A stretch of 64,000 nt of DNA from Candidatus Woesebacteria bacterium GW2011_GWB1_33_22. Its GTDB lineage: Bacteria; Patescibacteriota; Microgenomatia; UBA8517. The notes below the pieces were generated by a model. That model saw only the letters and a program-made list of their open reading frames with translations, was not told where the DNA came from and searched no databases. The position numbers and the translations under genes are program-made. Shown one piece after another: positions 40,077 to 50,012 of this stretch (position 1 is its first letter; each line of letters opens with the position of its first letter). Where the stretch lies: positions 118,538-182,537 of the forward strand of contig LBOW01000001.1 in the NCBI GenBank assembly GCA_000989765.1, given 5' to 3'.

Positions 40077-41097
40077 TTGGTTACTGGTTATTCCTATTTT
40101 TTTACTACTGGTTTTTAGTTTTTTTATTTTAAATTCAATTAGTCCTTTAAGTTTTCCATCCTATTATTGGTATATTGGTTTGGGAATTTTAGCATTCTTG
40201 TTTTTTTCACTTTTTGATTTTGAGATAGTCTCTGCCTTTTCCAAATATTTTTATATATTAAGTATTTTGTTATTGGTTATTACGTTAATTATCGGTCAAG
40301 TTACAAGGGGTACTGTTCGTTGGATTCCATTGGGTTCTGTTTCAATTCAACCTTCTGAAATAGTCAGACCATTTTTACTCATTTTTTTTGCAAATTATAT
40401 AACTCAAAAAAAATTAAATTTTAAACGGCTTTTACAAATAATTATTTTAATGGGATTTCCCTTAATACTTATTTTAATTCAACCGTCTCTAGGAGTTACT
40501 GCCTTGACAGCAATAGGGTTTTTGGGTTTATTTCTAGCTTCAGAAATAGATAAGAAAAGTATATTGTATATAGTATTTAGTATATTGGTCATAGCGCCGT
40601 TTATATTCTTGGTTTTAAAGCCATATCAACAAAATCGTTTAACTGCATTTTTAGACCCTTCCAAAGATCCACAGGGTGCAGGATACAATGCAATTCAATC
40701 AACAATTTCTGTAGGATCTGGGAAGTTTTTAGGTAGGGGATTGGGGAGGGGTGTTGGAACGCAACTAGCATTTCTTCCTGAACACAGTACTGATTTTATA
40801 TTTGCTTCAATTGCTGAAGAAATGGGGTTTGTGGGAGCAGTTGTGCTTTTAGTCTTAACTTTTTCACTTCTTTATAGGTTAATAAGATATACTGAAAATG
40901 CAATTAATATTCCTGCAAGACTTTTTTTGGGTGGTCTGGTTTTAACACTTTTTGCACAAGTAACAGTTCATGTAGGTATGAACATGGGACTTTTTCCTAT
41001 TACAGGAGTTCCCTATCCACTAGTTTCTGCGGGTGGTAGTTCGTTATTGGCTACCATGACCTCCCTAGGTATTGCCATGGGAACAAAAAAAAGTTAA
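40060..41097 (+). CDS. rodA: SEDS-family protein RodA/FtsW paralogue
   Basis: second 10-TM SEDS protein, with a C-terminus similar to the ftsW product. Confidence 0.7.
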   Translation: MLQKFDWLLVIPIFLLLVFSFFILNSISPLSFPSYYWYIGLGILAFLFFSLFDFEIVSAFSKYFYILSILLLVITLIIGQVTRGTVRWIPLGSVSIQPSEIVRPFLLIFFANYITQKKLNFKRLLQIIILMGFPLILILIQPSLGVTALTAIGFLGLFLASEIDKKSILYIVFSILVIAPFIFLVLKPYQQNRLTAFLDPSKDPQGAGYNAIQSTISVGSGKFLGRGLGRGVGTQLAFLPEHSTDFIFASIAEEMGFVGAVVLLVLTFSLLYRLIRYTENAINIPARLFLGGLVLTLFAQVTVHVGMNMGLFPITGVPYPLVSAGGSSLLATMTSLGIAMGTKKS

Positions 41098-41108
41098 AAT
41101 AGCAATCT

Positions 41109-41417
41109 ATGGACAAATTTGCAGTTATAAGAATTGGTGGAAAGCAATATAGAGTTTCTGAGGGTGAAGAGATTTTGGTTGACAAACTAACTGATCTTAA
41201 AACTTTGCCTGAGGTTTTATTAATTGCAGATGGCGAAAAAGTTGAGATCGGAAAACCAGTTTTAACCAAGTCCAAAGTCACACTTAAAGTTGTAACTGAA
41301 GTTGAAAAAGGTGAAAAGATTGATATCTTTAAATATAAAGCTAAATCAAGAGAAAGAAGACATGTTGGATTTCGTCCAAAGTACACCAGACTTCTTGTAC
41401 AAAAAATATCAAACTGA
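41109..41417 (+). CDS. rplU: 50S ribosomal protein L21
   Basis: MDKFAVIRIGGKQYRVSEGE. Confidence 0.9.
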   Translation: MDKFAVIRIGGKQYRVSEGEEILVDKLTDLKTLPEVLLIADGEKVEIGKPVLTKSKVTLKVVTEVEKGEKIDIFKYKAKSRERRHVGFRPKYTRLLVQKISN

Positions 41418-41471
41418 TATCTTTTAATCACTTGACAACTGTGAAAAGGTGCATTATATTGTCATTTAAGT

Positions 41472-41723
41472 ATGTCAACTCACAAAGCAGCAGGAAAAGC
41501 TAAACAACACGTAAGTCCAACAGGCAAAAGACTTGGTACAAAAGTATCTGGAATGCAGAAAGTAAACGCTGGGGAAATTTTAGTTCGTCAAAATGGGACT
41601 AAAATTGGAGCAGGAGTAAACGTTAAAGTGGGTCGCAATCAATCTCTATACGCTGTTAAATCTGGAGTTGTTAAATTTTCAACTAAATTAGGTAAAAAGT
41701 TAGTAAATATTATTACAAAATAA
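41472..41723 (+). CDS. rpmA: 50S ribosomal protein L27
   Basis: HKAAGKAKQ...GKRLGTK...GEILVRQNGTK signature. Confidence 0.9.
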   Translation: MSTHKAAGKAKQHVSPTGKRLGTKVSGMQKVNAGEILVRQNGTKIGAGVNVKVGRNQSLYAVKSGVVKFSTKLGKKLVNIITK

Positions 41724-42541
41724 TGGCGGAAGAAGTAATACAACTTGATATAAACCAGCTCCAGCCCAATCCATTACAGCCTCGTGGTGCAATTACTCCA
41801 GAAAGTTTAGTAGATTTAGTTGATTCTATCCGTGAACACGGAATTTTAGAGCCTTTAGTAATTGCTTTAACTCCAGCAGGTTATCAAATAATTGCAGGAG
41901 AAAGAAGATGGAGAGCTAGTAAGCTTGCAGGACTAACTCATGTTCCTGTAATTATTCGTGAAACAACGCCTAAGGGAATGCTTGAGATGGCAATTGTTGA
42001 AAATGTGCAAAGGGTTGACTTAAATGCCCTAGATCGTGCCAAAGGTTTTGAAAGGTTGATGGATGAGTTTGGATTAACTACATCTGAGGTTGCAGTCAGA
42101 ATTGGTAAGTCTGTTGCCTATGTATCTAACTCTTTAAGACTTTTAACCCTCCCAGATGCTTTAAAAGATGGACTTCTCTCGGGACTTGTTTCAGAGGGTC
42201 ATGCAAGGGCCTTAGCAGCAATTGATGATGTTGATTTAATGGTTGAAGCTTATAAGATAATTCTTCGTGAATCAGGATCTGTAAGACGCGCTGAGGAACT
42301 TGCAAGACGGATGAAAGCTCAAGTCCAACAAAAACCAAGAGTTAATTTACCTAAAATGCATATAGTTTCTGAAGAAATTGATAATATGAAATTGGGTTTT
42401 GAAAAAGCATTGGGAGAAAAACATCAAGTTAGACTTGCAAGAAGTAGACGCGAGACAAGACTTACTTTTATTTTAAAAGGGTCTCTTGATGAAACTGAAA
42501 ATACACTTCAATTAATCTATAAAGCTGTTGCAAGTAACTAG
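41723..42541 (+). CDS. parB: ParB/Spo0J chromosome partitioning protein
   Basis: ParB box IIAGERRWRASKLAG and HTH region. Confidence 0.85.
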   Translation: MAEEVIQLDINQLQPNPLQPRGAITPESLVDLVDSIREHGILEPLVIALTPAGYQIIAGERRWRASKLAGLTHVPVIIRETTPKGMLEMAIVENVQRVDLNALDRAKGFERLMDEFGLTTSEVAVRIGKSVAYVSNSLRLLTLPDALKDGLLSGLVSEGHARALAAIDDVDLMVEAYKIILRESGSVRRAEELARRMKAQVQQKPRVNLPKMHIVSEEIDNMKLGFEKALGEKHQVRLARSRRETRLTFILKGSLDETENTLQLIYKAVASN

Positions 42542-42551
42542 AATCTAGTAC

Positions 42552-43094
42552 CTAGTAGCTAGGTTGGGGGACGATTCCTGCTAAATTAAATGGGAAATAG
42601 ATAAGCCAAGCCTTGCCTGTTATTACCTTTTTAGTAATTGGTCCCCAAGCTCTTGAATCTGATGAATGAGGTCTATTGTCTCCCATAACAAAATAATTAC
42701 CATCTGGAACAGTGTAATTTTCACCTTCAGATAAAAAAGCACCTGATAAAGTATCAACTTTAATATAATCTTCAATTAATTCTTGATTGTTTAAAAATAC
42801 TTTACCGTTTAAAACTGAAATATTATCCCCAGGAAGACCAATTATCCTTTTTATAAATTCATCTTCAGATATTGGGGGTTTAAAAACAACAACATCACCT
42901 CTTTGTGGATCATGTCTATAGTAATTTACTTTTTCAGTTAAAAGATATTCTCCGTCAGGAAAATTAGGATGCATAGATTGACCCTTTATCTTGTGTGGTC
43001 TTAAAATTAAAAGATAAACAATTAAAAATATTCCAACTGCAAGAACTATAACTTCCAAAATATCCATGAAAAAAGCGCCAAGTTTAGATAACAT
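42552..43094 (-). CDS. lepB: signal peptidase I
   Basis: N-terminal TM segment; SMHPNF (catalytic Ser region) and GDNRPHSSDSRAWG box E. Confidence 0.85.
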   Translation of the reverse strand: MLSKLGAFFMDILEVIVLAVGIFLIVYLLILRPHKIKGQSMHPNFPDGEYLLTEKVNYYRHDPQRGDVVVFKPPISEDEFIKRIIGLPGDNISVLNGKVFLNNQELIEDYIKVDTLSGAFLSEGENYTVPDGNYFVMGDNRPHSSDSRAWGPITKKVITGKAWLIYFPFNLAGIVPQPSY

Positions 43095-43099
43095 CTTAA

Positions 43100-44161
43100 T
43101 TAATATAATATCACATCATGAACACCATTTTCTCTTACACCATTAGGGGTTACTCTTATAAATTTTGCCTTTTTCCAAAGTTCATTAATATTCTTAGCGC
43201 CACAATATGAATAGCCAGATCTAATATTAGCTAGCCACCTTTCCATGCTATGTGCAAGTGGACCTTTATATGGAACAAGACTTTCTACCCCTTCTATATG
43301 ATTTGTATAAGTTCCTGGAAGACATTTTAAGTTTTCTACATGTTTTTTCTTTTCAGTCAAAGACGTTGAAGCGTTGTACATTTTGTATTTCTCTTCACCC
43401 TTAATAACAATTTCGCCTGGGGCTTCGTCATGCCCTGCAAATTGACTGCCAGAAATCACAGCAGACGCTCCAGCTGCTAATCCTTTGACAATATCTCCTG
43501 AATTTTTTGTTCCACCGTCACAAAGTACAGTTTTTTTATATTTTCTGGCGGCTCTAGCACAATCAATTACTGCAGTTATTTGAGGAACGCCAAAACCTGT
43601 TTCTTGTCTTGTGATACATATTGTTCCTGGTCCAACCCCTACTCTAACTGAATCGGATCCTGCCTTATAAAGAGCCTCGGCTGTTTCATATGTACCAACA
43701 ACTCCAGATATAATATCAGTTAGTTTTCCAAACTTTTGTTTAAGTTCAGCTGTTGCGTCAAGAGCCTGTTGCATACCTGCATGGGCTACATCAAGAGTTA
43801 TAATGTCAGCTCCAGCCTTGACAAGCATTTCAGCTCGTTCTAGATAATTATCTTTGCATCCAACTGCAGCCCCAACCAAAACCCCCGCCATTTTAACTTG
43901 AGATACCATATCTGCTTGTTTTTCAGCTGTGTCAAATCTAGGCAAAAACCCAAGACCGCCAAGTTTACCTAATGAAATTGCCATATCAACACCTGTAACG
44001 TCACTCATATTAATACTGATTAGAGGAATAGCTAATTTCACTCTTGGTGTAATTTGGGTTGAAAGATCTACATCAGACCGACTTTTGATATCAGAATAAC
44101 TGGGTACAAGAAGTACATCGTCATACGACAAGGCTAATGGTATGTCTTTAACTTTTTTCAC
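43100..44161 (-). CDS. IMP dehydrogenase/GMP reductase family protein (no CBS pair)
   Basis: TIM-barrel with catalytic loop GVGPGTICITRQ; 353 aa without the CBS insertion. Confidence 0.75.
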   Translation of the reverse strand: MKKVKDIPLALSYDDVLLVPSYSDIKSRSDVDLSTQITPRVKLAIPLISINMSDVTGVDMAISLGKLGGLGFLPRFDTAEKQADMVSQVKMAGVLVGAAVGCKDNYLERAEMLVKAGADIITLDVAHAGMQQALDATAELKQKFGKLTDIISGVVGTYETAEALYKAGSDSVRVGVGPGTICITRQETGFGVPQITAVIDCARAARKYKKTVLCDGGTKNSGDIVKGLAAGASAVISGSQFAGHDEAPGEIVIKGEEKYKMYNASTSLTEKKKHVENLKCLPGTYTNHIEGVESLVPYKGPLAHSMERWLANIRSGYSYCGAKNINELWKKAKFIRVTPNGVRENGVHDVILY

Positions 44162-44269
44162 AACAATTACTAAATGTAGAGTAATGTCTAACTCATGTCA
44201 ATTCTGTGAAAGGCTTCTAAAAAATGATATGATTACTCTAATATACTGGTATATTGTTAAGGATATACT

Positions 44270-44343
44270 GGTCGCATAGCTCAGCTGGTTAGAGCGTACG
44301 ATTCACATTCGTAAGGTCCTTGGTTCGATCCCAAGTGCGACCA
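44270..44343 (+). tRNA. tRNA-Val (anticodon CAC)
   Basis: cloverleaf: acceptor GGTCGCA/TGCGACC, D-arm AGCTCAGCTGGTTAGAGC, anticodon stem TACGA/TCGTA with loop TTCACAT, T-arm GGTTCGATCCC; CCA not encoded. Confidence 0.8.
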
Positions 44344-44756
44344 CAAGTTCGACCATACATAAAACTATCCATACTGAAATAATCAATTATAAAGATTGAT
44401 AAAATAATCGAAATTATGAAACCTATTATTATCAAATAAAAATTTTTCTTGTACGAAAAATCGTATTTTTTAAGCATTATTATTCCAACCACAATCCCAA
44501 TAATGGCAACAATTGGAGCCCAAATGGGGAAGTCTGATATTATCTGTTGAAATCTAACGGTTGCCATTGGACCATGTGCTTTTATTGAAAACATAAAAAT
44601 TCTAATTGAAAAAATGGTAACTATATAGCTTGATGCTAATCCAAAAATTAGTGCTAATGAGCCTAGAGTAAAATACCATCTGGGCTTCATTTTTATTTGC
44701 CCAGTTTTTATTTTGGACATAATTTTGTCTGTTAAATCTAATTTATTTTCTTGCAT
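44289..44756 (-). CDS. hypothetical membrane protein (possible anti-sigma-like partner of the upstream sigma fragment)
   Basis: short cytoplasmic N-terminus then multiple TM helices; the last ~18 codons are antisense to the tRNA-Val gene, so the true end is uncertain. Confidence 0.35.
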   Translation of the reverse strand: MQENKLDLTDKIMSKIKTGQIKMKPRWYFTLGSLALIFGLASSYIVTIFSIRIFMFSIKAHGPMATVRFQQIISDFPIWAPIVAIIGIVVGIIMLKKYDFSYKKNFYLIIIGFIISIILSIFIIDYFSMDSFMYGRTCGRTWDRTKDLTNVNRTL

Positions 44757-44804
44757 ATTTTTTTAATAAAGACATCTTACCAAAATATTTACTAACTTCA
44801 GCAG

Positions 44805-45020
44805 TTATTTCTTTTTATCAAAACTATTTAAATTAATAAAACCCTTAATTAAAGCTTCTTGAACAATGTTAGTCGATTGCTGTTCATCATTAACTAAATA
44901 ATTTGCATATCTTAATAGTTTGTTTTGGTATCTTCTGACTATTAACGTATACAATTCTTGATCTTTCGATCTAATAATTTCAACCAACTCTTCATCCGTT
45001 GTTTTTTCGTAATTGTTCAT
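44805..45020 (-). CDS. ECF-type sigma-70 factor fragment (region 2 only)
   Basis: TDEELVEIIRSKDQELYTLIVRRYQNKLLRYANYLVNDEQQSTNIVQEALIKGF is sigma-70 region 2; no region 4, so likely truncated or a pseudogene. Confidence 0.45.
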   Translation of the reverse strand: MNNYEKTTDEELVEIIRSKDQELYTLIVRRYQNKLLRYANYLVNDEQQSTNIVQEALIKGFINLNSFDKKK

Positions 45021-45055
45021 CTTTGTTCATTTAATACTTTTAAGATAAATGCCAA

Positions 45056-45085
45056 AACCCCGATCTTAATTAATCGGGGTGGCAT
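45056..45085 (-). terminator. rho-independent terminator for the minus-strand small gene (CCCCGAT-loop-ATCGGGG, then a T-run on the minus strand)
   Basis: 7-bp GC-rich stem followed by TTTTTGG on the minus strand, immediately after the stop at 45104. Confidence 0.5.
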
Positions 45086-45103
45086 ATGGATAACGATTAT
45101 CTT

Positions 45104-45331
45104 TTAAAACCTACTCATTCCAAGACCTAACTCAGCTTGTATTTTCTGAGCTTCTACAAATTTAGCAAAGTTATCCTTGTTAACAACTTGGGTAACTTTA
45201 CCTTTACCTTGCATTAAGTTTGACCTGGCGTTAAAGTCTTTGTTTTCAAAAGCATTTGACGTAGTTATAGCAAAAATACCTACTCCTACTACCAATGCTC
45301 CTAAACCTAAAACTAATGATTGTTTTGTCAT
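45104..45331 (-). CDS. small exported protein (75 aa)
   Basis: signal/TM N-terminus; ORF only. Confidence 0.3.
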   Translation of the reverse strand: MTKQSLVLGLGALVVGVGIFAITTSNAFENKDFNARSNLMQGKGKVTQVVNKDNFAKFVEAQKIQAELGLGMSRF

Positions 45332-45446
45332 TTTAATAAATCACCTCCTTGTCTACTATTAATACAAAATTCATGCCAATTTTATTTCATGCCTTTTAAC
45401 TTTTGTGATAAAATTTATTCTAGTAAAATTGTAAATCCGTAAAAAT

Positions 45447-46253
45447 ATGAAAAAAATCAAGGTTCAGGGACATAAAATAACCGTTATTTTTGGTAGTGAA
45501 CGAGATTTTATATCTTTAACTGATATGTTGAGAGCAAAAGATGGGGATTTTTTTATTTCTGACTGGCTTAGAAATCGAAACACTATTGAGTTTTTGGGGA
45601 TTTGGGAACGAATTAATAACCCAAATTTTAATTGGGGCGAATTCGCCATAATTAAAAGTCAGACTGGTTTAAATAGCTATAAAATAAGTATCAAGGAATG
45701 GGTACAAAAAACAAAAGCGATAGGACTTCGCGCAACTGCGGGAAGATATGGGGGAACTTATGCTCATAAAGATATAGCTTTTGAGTTTGGATCTTGGATT
45801 TCACCAGAATTTAAACTATATCTGATTAAGGAATTTCAGCGATTGAAAACTGAAGAGAATGAAAGATTGGTATTAGGTTGGGATTTAAAAAGACAATTAA
45901 CTAAAATAAATTATAAAATTCACACAGATTCAATTAAAGATAACTTGTTACCTAAGTCGATTACAAAACAACAAGCACAAATAATTTATGCAAATGAGGC
46001 AGATATTTTAAATGTTGCCTTATATGGAAAAACTGCTAGAGAATGGCAAATCGAAAATAAAGGAAAAGAAGGCAATATTAGAGATTACTCGGATGTTTTA
46101 CAACTTGTGGTTTTAGCAAACCTTGAAGGTATTAATGCTGAATTAATTCGGAGAGGTATATCACAGTCTGAAAGGTTAATACAACTTAATTCAATTGCAA
46201 TTTCTCAAATAAAATCATTAACAAATAATTCATCACTTAAAAAATTAAAATGA
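45447..46253 (+). CDS. KilA-N domain-containing protein
   Basis: N-terminal KilA-N signature (ISLTDM...WLRNRNTIEFLGIWE), a domain typical of phage and mobile-element DNA-binding proteins. Confidence 0.65.
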   Translation: MKKIKVQGHKITVIFGSERDFISLTDMLRAKDGDFFISDWLRNRNTIEFLGIWERINNPNFNWGEFAIIKSQTGLNSYKISIKEWVQKTKAIGLRATAGRYGGTYAHKDIAFEFGSWISPEFKLYLIKEFQRLKTEENERLVLGWDLKRQLTKINYKIHTDSIKDNLLPKSITKQQAQIIYANEADILNVALYGKTAREWQIENKGKEGNIRDYSDVLQLVVLANLEGINAELIRRGISQSERLIQLNSIAISQIKSLTNNSSLKKLK

Positions 46254-46798
46254 CAAACTTAGAAATTATTAATCTTTTACAAAGAATTACAGGTCTCGTT
46301 GCTTTGGGGTTAATTACTTTTCAAATTTATCTTGGTGCAAGTCAGAAAGCCATAAAGTTTCATAAATTAAATGGTATCTTAGCTTACACTTTTATATTAA
46401 TTCATCCTATTCTTTTCTTGTTAAGTAGGAAAATTATTTATGACAGATTTGATTTTTATTATATTTTTGTCGATGCCTGTGTTATATGTGATAAACCATA
46501 TGATTTTTTAATAAATTTTGGAAGAATTGCATTCTATTTAATAACAACTGCTGTTTTGGCTGTTAAACTTCGTGGTGTAGTGCCATGGTTAAAAACAAAT
46601 TGGAGAAAATTACACGTATTAAATTACCTAGCTTTCTATTTTGTTTCTTTGCACTCTATAAATATTGGAACTGACTCAAGAAGCACTTGGTTTATTGTTT
46701 ATTTTGCAGTTTGTCAGATAATTGTTTTGTATTCGATTATTAATCGATTAAAGAGAGCAAATTTTGCTGTAAAATTAAAGAGTATGTTTGGTCGATAA
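46250..46798 (+). CDS. hypothetical polytopic membrane protein
   Basis: 5-6 predicted TM helices; no motif. Confidence 0.35.
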   Translation: MTNLEIINLLQRITGLVALGLITFQIYLGASQKAIKFHKLNGILAYTFILIHPILFLLSRKIIYDRFDFYYIFVDACVICDKPYDFLINFGRIAFYLITTAVLAVKLRGVVPWLKTNWRKLHVLNYLAFYFVSLHSINIGTDSRSTWFIVYFAVCQIIVLYSIINRLKRANFAVKLKSMFGR

Positions 46799-48365
46799 AC
46801 CTAGGTGTATACATTCTGATTTGATTTATTAAAGATCTAATAATAATTTTATTTGGATATCTCTTATAAATCTGAAGATGCACTTTAATTGTTTGATAAA
46901 TACCTCTGTTTTTAATTAATTTGTCAGAATATGCATTATCAAGATCTTTAATAATTTCATCAATTGTAACAGCAACTTTATTTTGTGAATTGTAATTAAT
47001 ATTATACGTATCTAGATCGTTAGCAAATAATATTCCTGGAAAAGAATTTTGAGTAACATTCCCGTTTTCATCATATAAATATGAATCCAATACATAATCT
47101 CCTGTTGGCCCAGTCAGCTTTAATTTATAAATACCGTCAGCTGGCTTTTCAAATGTTAAAACTAAAAGCGATCCACCTTCATTTTTAATTGATTCTTCAA
47201 TATATTTAATAGTCTCTATAATATTTCCATTTGAATCCAATAATTCCAAATTATAATTAAAATCAACAACAAACATCATATATGAAAGATCAGAATGAGT
47301 TGGAGTGTATGAATTTATTGCTAAATAATTATCACCATAACTTTCCAAAGTATTTCTAGTCGCATAACCTGGATCATTTATAAAATATGTATCGTATTTT
47401 TTACCTGTAGCTACGATAAAATGACCAGGCTCTTTTAAAATTACAGGATGTAAGCTACTTAACTCACTGTCTAATTTGTCATCATCAACTCCTAATCGTT
47501 TATACTCAAGAGTAGGAGAAGAATTACTATCATTAATTTTTGTAAAACGAGAAACTGCAAGCCAGTTAATTAAACCATTTCTAATGTAACCATCTGATTG
47601 ACTATTTAACCAATTATTTAAAGTGTCTGGCATTGTATTATGACCATGATATTTTAAAACCATGACTGCAGAAGTTAAGGCACAGCCCCAATCTTTAATT
47701 GTTTTGATAGTGTGATCATAAACTTGATTTTCCCAACCTCCTTCGTATTGTTTGATATTTGGCACCCCCATAGGTGTTTGTGTGGGAGTTGCCGTTATGG
47801 TTGGTGTTGCAGTAACTGTGGGTGTTGAAGTAGCAGTTGCTGTAGCTGTCATCGTCGCCGTAGCGGTGGCAGTTGCAGTTGGGGTACTGACAATCCCAGT
47901 TCTTGCGCAATCTGTCCATGTTGCCCCTTCAGCTGTTGTGCCAGGAAGTACGCCATACATAATTCTTAATGATTCATATGTTGGTGAAATATTAAAATCA
48001 AGCCCATAAATACCGTTCGGTAATAGATGATATGTCCCCGAAGGGATCTCATAACTCCAATATTCGCCTGTCCCACTGTTTTGTTTACATGCAATTGTTC
48101 CTTTTCCGTTCTCATTTACACATTGCGGGTCAGAATAATAATTCCAGGGCGTACCTATGTCTGGGGAATAAACATTTGTAATAATTGCTGAACCGTTTCG
48201 GCGGATATACTGAATAACAGCTAATTTGTCTGTGTCAGATGTTATTGAAAAATCTAAATGATTGTTAGTAATAGTTGCTTCGTAAGTACAAGTAGAAGCA
48301 AATATAGGGGACGGAAATATAGTAAAATAAACAAACGTCAAAATTAATACAATTCTGTATCGCAT
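46740..48365 (-). CDS. secreted protein with Thr/Ala/Pro-rich linker and C39-like (papain-fold) peptidase domain
   Basis: signal peptide, a (T-A-T-P)n linker encoded by a locally GC-rich stretch, then a GCALTSAVMVLKYHG cysteine-peptidase C39_2-like motif. Confidence 0.55.
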   Translation of the reverse strand: MRYRIVLILTFVYFTIFPSPIFASTCTYEATITNNHLDFSITSDTDKLAVIQYIRRNGSAIITNVYSPDIGTPWNYYSDPQCVNENGKGTIACKQNSGTGEYWSYEIPSGTYHLLPNGIYGLDFNISPTYESLRIMYGVLPGTTAEGATWTDCARTGIVSTPTATATATATMTATATATSTPTVTATPTITATPTQTPMGVPNIKQYEGGWENQVYDHTIKTIKDWGCALTSAVMVLKYHGHNTMPDTLNNWLNSQSDGYIRNGLINWLAVSRFTKINDSNSSPTLEYKRLGVDDDKLDSELSSLHPVILKEPGHFIVATGKKYDTYFINDPGYATRNTLESYGDNYLAINSYTPTHSDLSYMMFVVDFNYNLELLDSNGNIIETIKYIEESIKNEGGSLLVLTFEKPADGIYKLKLTGPTGDYVLDSYLYDENGNVTQNSFPGILFANDLDTYNINYNSQNKVAVTIDEIIKDLDNAYSDKLIKNRGIYQTIKVHLQIYKRYPNKIIIRSLINQIRMYTPRFIDQTYSLILQQNLLSLID

Positions 48366-48467
48366 AGTCGACCTTATACAGTTTGTGATATGTAAAACTT
48401 TGTGTCAAGATGCAATATAAGTATTTTATGGTCTTTGACTTATGTTTGGTAAAATGTAATATATAAA

Positions 48468-49244
48468 ATGAGGCTCAATTTAATCGGAAAGTCAAAATAT
48501 ATATTTGAAATCATTAAAAGTTATAAGAATTGGTACAAAATACTAATTAATCGGTTGACTGGGTTAAATACAAACGAAATTTATCTTAGGAATGGAATTA
48601 TTATAACAGGTGGAAAAAGAAGTAGCGTTTTGGATTTATCGTCTGAAATATTTATAAATCAGATATATAATCCTGACAATTTACATATCAAACAAGGAGA
48701 CACTGTTGTAGATATCGGTGCAAACATCGGAGTGTTCGGACTATATGCAAAAAAACATTCAGCTGGAAGTATCTATGAAATTGAACCCTTGTCAGAGAAT
48801 ATAACTTTAATCAAAAACAACTTTAAGAATAATAATTTTAGAACCCCAACTATTATTAATGTGGCGGTATCAAATAAAAATGGTTTTAGTAAACTTTATT
48901 TAGGAAATCTAGATTCTCATGGGTTACTTTTTGATCATAATTATCAGCAACAATTTACTAAGTATAAAATAGTAAAAACAATGACATTGGACACGATAAT
49001 TAAAATGTATAAAATAAATCATATTAACTATTTGAAAATAGATTGTGAAGGTAGTGAAGGTGATATTATCAAGTCAATAAATAATAAGACTTGGAAGATA
49101 ATAGATAAAATTGTATTAGAATATCATGATGGAGTATCAACATTACATCATACTGGAATAATGCAATATTTGAAGGTAAATGGTTATAAGCTAAAAGTAA
49201 ATAAAACAGGGGAATCATTTGGATATATTTATGCATGGAAATAG
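48468..49244 (+). CDS. FkbM-family SAM-dependent methyltransferase
   Basis: VVDIGANIGVFGLYA motif and Methyltransf_21-like layout. Confidence 0.7.
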   Translation: MRLNLIGKSKYIFEIIKSYKNWYKILINRLTGLNTNEIYLRNGIIITGGKRSSVLDLSSEIFINQIYNPDNLHIKQGDTVVDIGANIGVFGLYAKKHSAGSIYEIEPLSENITLIKNNFKNNNFRTPTIINVAVSNKNGFSKLYLGNLDSHGLLFDHNYQQQFTKYKIVKTMTLDTIIKMYKINHINYLKIDCEGSEGDIIKSINNKTWKIIDKIVLEYHDGVSTLHHTGIMQYLKVNGYKLKVNKTGESFGYIYAWK

Positions 49245-49256
49245 CAACCAATTTAT

Positions 49257-50012
49257 ATGAATTCATTTTTTGATGAGGAGAGATTGAGGGATAAATTAGC
49301 TAAAAAAAGGAAATATAAAGAATTTCTAAAAACATACCAAAATCCTAGCAATATTATAGATAAAAATACTAAAATCTTTTGGAACAGTTTTACTGTGACA
49401 TATAAAGAAACATTATTAAATAGTCCAGTTTACCAAGACAAAATTAATAGGACCGTAAATTTTTTAGAAAATAAAACTGGAAATATTCTTGATATAGGAT
49501 TTGGTATAGGAGAAATTGAGAGAAGGCTTCAAACATCAGAATTAAAAATTTATGGGATAGATATATCTTCAGTTGCAGTCAAAAATGCAAAAAAAGAATT
49601 GAAAGGAATTTACAGAATCGGAAGTATTTTTAAGATTCCACATGCTACAAAATCTATGGACTTTGTATTTGCACTTGATGTTTTAGAACACATACCGGTA
49701 AATAAAACATTTGATGTATATAAAGGAATTTCAAGAGCATTAAAAGCAAAAGGGATGTTGACTATTTCAGTTCCCATAAACGAAAATTTAGAAGAATTGT
49801 ATATTGAAAATAAAAATCCAAACAACCATCTTAGAGTATATACTCCAGATATTATAAAAACTGAATTAATACTGAACGGATTTAAAATAGTCAAAACAAA
49901 CTATCTTTATGCCTTTGATAAATTTTATTTTATAAAATCATTTTTCGTAAATTTCTTTAAGTTGACTATCAGAAAACCTAATTTAATGATTATTTTTTGT
50001 CAAAAACAATGA
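49257..50012 (+). CDS. class I SAM-dependent methyltransferase
   Basis: ILDIGFGIGEI motif I and ALDVLEHIP motif. Confidence 0.7.
   Translation: MNSFFDEERLRDKLAKKRKYKEFLKTYQNPSNIIDKNTKIFWNSFTVTYKETLLNSPVYQDKINRTVNFLENKTGNILDIGFGIGEIERRLQTSELKIYGIDISSVAVKNAKKELKGIYRIGSIFKIPHATKSMDFVFALDVLEHIPVNKTFDVYKGISRALKAKGMLTISVPINENLEELYIENKNPNNHLRVYTPDIIKTELILNGFKIVKTNYLYAFDKFYFIKSFFVNFFKLTIRKPNLMIIFCQKQ

Noticed and set aside
42541-42560. Palindromic ctagtacctagtagctag after parB as a terminator
   Set aside because: It is AT-rich, not followed by a T-run, and overlaps the convergent lepB stop; not a convincing intrinsic terminator.
47716-48009. ORFs 47716-47919 (-) and 47752-48009 (+) rich in Cys/His or Val/Ala
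   Set aside because: They are alternative-frame readings of the GC-rich Thr/Ala linker repeat inside the 46740-48365 gene; spurious.
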